NCBI GenBank assembly: GCA_030390025.1
Contig: CM059433.1
Location: 15,688,001-15,752,000 of the forward strand
Direction of reading: 5' to 3'
DNA: 64,000 nt
From: Squalus acanthias
Lineage: Eukaryota
The position numbers and the translations under genes were made by a program. Under the pieces are notes generated by a model, which was given only the letters and a program-made list of their open reading frames with translations, ran no database searches and was not told where the DNA came from. Of this stretch, positions 59,222-64,000 are shown piece by piece (within the stretch, counting starts at the first letter, position 1; each line of letters begins with the position of its first letter).

Positions 59222-59951
59222 GGCCCAGATATTCCGATCGCAGGCCTCCTGCGGGCCGAGGGCTGCGATCTGGAAAAATCTGTGCCAAGACCGGAGGGCT
59301 CCCGGGAGGCGCAGAGTTCCGCTGCTGGGCCTCTCCAAACTGCCGGTGCGCAGGGCCCACGTATTCCAGAGGCGCAGGTGGTTCGCAGCATCCCTGGGAT
59401 CACGTGGGCCATGGGGAGCCAATCAGAGAAGGGAATCTCCCTTCATACACTTGACAGATAGACCTGTCAAATAAATGAAGAGATCACCCCAAAACAAAGT
59501 AAAACTTTAAATAAATTAAAAAAAAAAAAATCAAATTTTTAAAATGACTTTAAATTACAATAAAGTAAGTATTTTAAACAAAAATTTTATTTTTGAAAAA
59601 GATAATTAAAGTTTTTAACGGGGCTAAAAATAAACTTACCTTTCTTTAAAGTATTTTTAAATGATAAATCAGTGGAAAACATTTTTTTTTAAACTTTTTT
59701 TCAACTCTTATCCTGGTAAAAGCAGGCCTTACGCCTGCTTTTACCAGGCGCAAGAATTGTAAGTGTTTTCTGCAGGTGGAGGGTCTCCAAAAAGCGGAAC
59801 TCTCCGCCCACAGAGGCCTTTCTCCTGGACAGCCAGAGGATCTGTCAAGAGCTTTCTTGACAGATCAGAAATACCGGTTTCCAGCGCATGCGCAGTGCAT
59901 GCCTGAAACCGGCATTTCCGATGTCCCTACGGGTGAGTACACAGTGTGCTC
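59222..59951. mobile_element. Harbinger-type MITE, family M copy 3 (diverged; right end lost at LINE junction)
   Basis: TIR ggcccagatattc; shares gggatcacgtgggccatgg.gagccaat, the AT-rich centre and hairpins with copies 1 and 2. Confidence 0.82.
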
Positions 59952-60860
59952 TTTATGGGATCTGGGCGTCGCTGGCAAGGTCAGCATTTATTGCCCATCC
60001 CGAGTTGCCCTTGAGAAGGTGGTGGTGAGCCGCCTTCTTGAACCGCTGCAGTCCATGTGGTGAAGGTACTCCCACAGTGCTGTTAGGTAGGGAGTTCCAG
60101 GATTTTGACCCAGCGACGATGAAGAATCAGCGATATACTTCTAAGTCAGGATGGTGTGTGACTTGGAGGGGAACTTGGAGGTGGTGGTGTTCCCATGCGG
60201 CTGCTACCCTTGTCCTACTAGGTGGCAGAGGTCGTGGGTTTGGGAGGTGCTGCCAAAGAAGCCTTGGCGAGTTGCTGCAGTGAATCTTGTAGATGGTACA
60301 CACTGCAGCCACGGTACGCCGGTGGTGGAGGGAGTGAATGTTTAAAGTGGTGGATGGGGTGCCAATCAAACGGGCTGCTTTGTCCTGGATGGTGTCGAGC
60401 TTCTTGAGTGTTGTTGCAGCTGCATTCATCTGGTCGAGTGGAGAGTATTCCATCACACTCCTTACTTGTGCAAGGTAGATGGTGGAAAGGCTTTGGGGAG
60501 TCAGGAGGTGAGACACTCGCCGCAGAATACCTAGCCTCTGACCTGCTCTTGTTGCCACAGTATTTATGTGGCTGGTCCAGTTAAGTTTCTGGTCAATGGT
60601 GACCCCCAGGATGTGGATGGTGGGGGATTCGGCGATGGTAATGCCGTTGAATGTCAAGGGGCAGTGGTTAGACTTTTGCTTGTTGGAGATAGTCATTGCC
60701 TGGCATGTCTGTGGCGCGAATGTTACCTGCCACTTATCAGCCCAAGCCTGAACGTCGTCCAGGTCTTGTTGCATGCGGGCATGGACTGCTTCATTATCTG
60801 AGGAGTTGTGAATGGAACTGAACACTGTGCAGTCATCAGCGAACATCCCCATTTCTGACC
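59952..60860 (-). mobile_element. CR1-group LINE family A, 5'-truncated
   Basis: ORF 60127-60852 (GMFADDC...); near-identical to 11829-12740. Confidence 0.92.
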
Positions 60861-61315
60861 ATTAAGCACTGGGGCAGTGTGTGATGGTGTCACAGTAGGA
60901 TGTTACAGTGCAGCCTCAATATAACACCCGGTACTGCTGAATACAGGATCTTGAAACACAAACTCTTGTCAATTTCAGGGGTTCATGCAAACAATCCAAA
61001 CCCTTCACCACTTCCACTATCACCAGCATACGGGTTGCAACCGTTCACTTGTATCATTATATAGTGAGACTTCAAAATGTTCCTGTTAATTAAGTGCACT
61101 AATGTAGGGCCTAACTTGCAAAAGAACTCATTGGATTTGACTGCACAGCTATGGAAAGCTAAGAGTTCATCGTTAATTAACTTTAAAAAGGCCTTAACAG
61201 GTAAAAAAAAAGGCCCATTTTTTTCTGTTTTAACTGATATTCCATAATAATTTTTGCAGTAGTGCTAATCATGGTCGAATAGCACTTTCTAGCAATATTA
61301 TTCACTGTTGCTCAT

Positions 61316-61458
61316 GGGGGTTATTTTCACCTTCACTGCCTGGCTGGGAATCCAGCTGAGTAGATCACTCGCCCATTATAAAACCCAATGGAATAAAGAT
61401 TGGGCTGACTCTACAACGAGCACTCCGTCCGATTACTGCCCAGGAGAAAATTACCTCA
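61316..61458. mobile_element. Old short palindromic MITE
   Basis: ggggttattttc ... gaaaattacctc inverted termini. Confidence 0.45.
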
Positions 61459-62004
61459 TATCTAACTTCTTGCTCCAATTAGCAAAGGCTGGAGCATTAG
61501 CCCCTCGACCTTTCCAGGAAACTATTGTATTAATTTTTGTATTACAAGAATGTGTATCTTAAAAGTTGCACTGACCAACATCTTGCCTTCTGCTCATCAG
61601 ACTTACCTGTTCCCGCAAAGATCATATTCAATTATGGTTTGTTTTTAAAAATGATATGAATGTAATTCAAAGTTTACTGCTTTCAATACAACATGGATTG
61701 TGAGCTGCTTACAATTAAATTGGTCAATAATTCATTTTATTGCAGGGCAATGATGTCATTGCACCAACATACAGCCAATGGAAAGGTGAATCGGATTTCT
61801 GTGACTTGTAAATGTGTAAATTCATTGCACTGTCAGCAACTGTCTATGAGGACAATACAAAATAAAGTCGGCAGCGCTGTGCCATTTTAGACCGAATTTT
61901 TCCAACAGTAGATTGAACCGTGAAACAACTTAAATACACAAGACTGTTGGGGGTGGGGGGGAAGGCGGGCGGGTGGGGAGTAACTGCGGTGACAGTTTAC
62001 AGAA

Positions 62005-62690
62005 AAAGGAGTTCCCAAGGGTGCAGGGCATCGTAGACTGCACACATGTGGCCATTAGGGTAGCCCATCACAACCCAGCTGTATTTGTCAACCGCAAGGG
62101 CTTCCACTCCCTTAGCGTCCAGCTGCTGTGTAACCACAGGAAGAACATTATGCATGTTTGTGCCAAGTTCCCTGGCAGTGACTCGTTCATCCTGCGGCAG
62201 TCCACTGTGCCTCAGCTCTTCAATCTGCCAAGACAACTTTCCGGATGGCTACTTGAAGACAAGGGTTATCCCCTGAAAAAGTGGCTAATGACACCGATGA
62301 GGAGGCCATCAAACGAAGCTGAGGAGCGCTACAATGCGAGCCACACTTCCACCAGAAGCATCATCGAGCAAACCATCAGCTTGCTCAAAATGCGATTCAG
62401 ATGCCTCGACAGATCTGGTGGAGCCCTACAATACGCCCCAGCCAGGGTCTCCAGAATCATCGTGGTCTGCTGTGCACTGCACAACATCGCACAGCAGCGT
62501 GGCTTAGCGCTGCCTGAGGAACAAGTGGCTCAGCGCACAGCTTCCTTGGAAGAGGAGGAGGAGAGGGAGGAGGAGGAGGCTGCAGATGAATGACGCCTTG
62601 CGGGGGTAGATGTGTCAATTCCACCAGCACGCGAGCACATTGCTGGCCGTGAGGCAAGTGATGCGCTTATCCATGCCAAATTTGCATGAT
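62005..62690 (+). pseudogene. Harbinger transposase C-terminal half (5'-truncated)
   Basis: [21 protein letters not shown] (lacks the CH of GSCHD), [21 protein letters not shown]. Confidence 0.9.
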
Positions 62691-62971
62691 GTGATGCTTC
62701 AACCACATATGGCTAGCACATGGAAATGAATGTTTGGCCGACCTTCTTAACACATTGTACAGCATCTGTGCAATAAACTGTGGTTTCCTATCACTCTCAC
62801 CACCATCATTATAGATGAAAGGTGCCCTGACCCCTCACTGTGCAACTTCCATTTCTGAGCACACATAGGCCAACTCCTTGAATCTTTGCCATCGCTTTTC
62901 TTTAATACATTTATAATCACGATGACAAACATTTGTATCAGATGAAAACACCCAAGTGACTACCCTTGTGA

Positions 62972-64000
62972 CTATTTGTGTGTTAACTTTTTCTTACGCG
63001 TGCTTCTACGTGGTGCTTCCCCTGTGACTTCAGCAGATGTAGAGGCACCTTGCTGATTTTGATGCTGTGCCTGCTTTGACGCCTTTGGCGGGCGTCCTCT
63101 GGCTTTGGGAGCCTTGGCGGGCTCCGCAACAGTCTGCTCCTCCAGCGGCTGTGCAGGGGCTGAGACGGCCAGCTCAGTTGGCTGAGGAATCTGGGGCTCT
63201 GACCGAGGGCTACGCAGTGGCATAGTAGTGTGAGCCCTTGGAGAGGAGCCCACACTTCCTGGTTGTCGACCACCAACATCCCTCTCATGGTTCACCCGCA
63301 CTTCACTGCTAGCAAGTGGCTGGAGAACACCTTGCTGCACATCAGGGGGGCCATGAGGACCCGTCTCTGTACTGGCAGTCCTCATTACACAGACATCCAT
63401 GTACCTCTGGTTCCTCTCCTCAATAGATGCCCATCTATCCTCCATATCAGACCATCTATTTAGAGGAGTCACCATGCTCATTTGAGTCTGGTGATTTATG
63501 TCCTCCATGGAGGTTGCCATCCTTTTCATGGTGGTATCTACATTCGCCATTGCATGCACCATGGCAGTGCTCATGTTTGAGATGGACCCTCCATTCCCTG
63601 CACACTCACAGTTACTGTGAATGCAAACCTTGTCAGAGACTCCTGCACTTGTTCCTGGAGTTCCAGCACTGCTCTCTTTCTGGATGGCCCCAGAGGCACA
63701 GAGTCTACATGCAGCTGCGCAGAGCTAGCAGCGTCCTGCGGCCTCTGACGAGGACTCTCCACTGCTGTCCCTGTCTCCACCATCTGCTGATGCTCACTTG
63801 TGAGTTGTGAAACGCCAGGTGACAACACTACTCTATGTCGCGAAGGACCCACCGAGGTGCGCGTCTCTGCGCTGGTGCTGGGTGCGCTTATTTCTGGTGA
63901 TGCTGCTCCCTCAGAGGCTCCAGGTTCCTCTGAGGAGTCCTCCGGCTCTTCCTCCTGGACAATGGGGAGGGGGGCTCTCGATGGTCCTGTGGGGTAGTAA
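62972..64000 (-). pseudogene. Harbinger Myb/SANT gene last exon (runs off the window)
   Basis: ORFs 62972-63574 and 63571-63852 are homologous to 46328-46940 and 36709-37119; ends PRRSTRKKKLTHK. Confidence 0.85.

Noticed and set aside
61604..61680. Minus-strand exon ending in CAG|GTAAGT
   Set aside because: Stops in all three frames and a weak acceptor; at most a non-coding exon, which sequence alone cannot support.
1..64000. CRISPR array or prokaryotic/phage system
   Set aside because: No regularly spaced short repeats with unique spacers and no operon-like gene density; the content is vertebrate repeats.

Overview
Repeat-dominated vertebrate genomic DNA, almost certainly from a cartilaginous fish (shark), judging by the SacSINE1/Deu-type SINE and the elasmobranch-type CR1, L2 and Penelope repeats. 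I found no confident host protein-coding exon, tRNA or rRNA gene, or CRISPR array; the window reads as intergenic or intronic DNA filled with nested mobile elements. DNA transposons: about six PIF/Harbinger remnants of the two-gene type (HARBI1-like DDE transposase plus spliced Myb/SANT gene), one of them full-length with TIRs and TSD at 45150-52206; several Harbinger-type MITEs; a hAT transposase relic; a Tc1/pogo MITE. Retroelements: a complete but decayed Gypsy element (18892-24160); two solo LTRs; L1, L2, RTE and two CR1-group LINE families; two SINE families; four Penelope pieces carrying minimal hammerhead-ribozyme motifs. The most interesting observations are: a three-copy MITE family with covarying internal hairpins plus promoter and splice-donor motifs; palindromic hammerhead motifs in two Penelope families, including a 138-bp hairpin with two of them; an L1 with twin-priming geometry; a 1.57-kb unclassified solo LTR; locally duplicated blocks overlapping a decayed membrane-protein-like frame; and a template-switch inversion. 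All calls were made by eye without database searches; family names come from memory of consensus motifs, and boundaries lacking a TSD are approximate.
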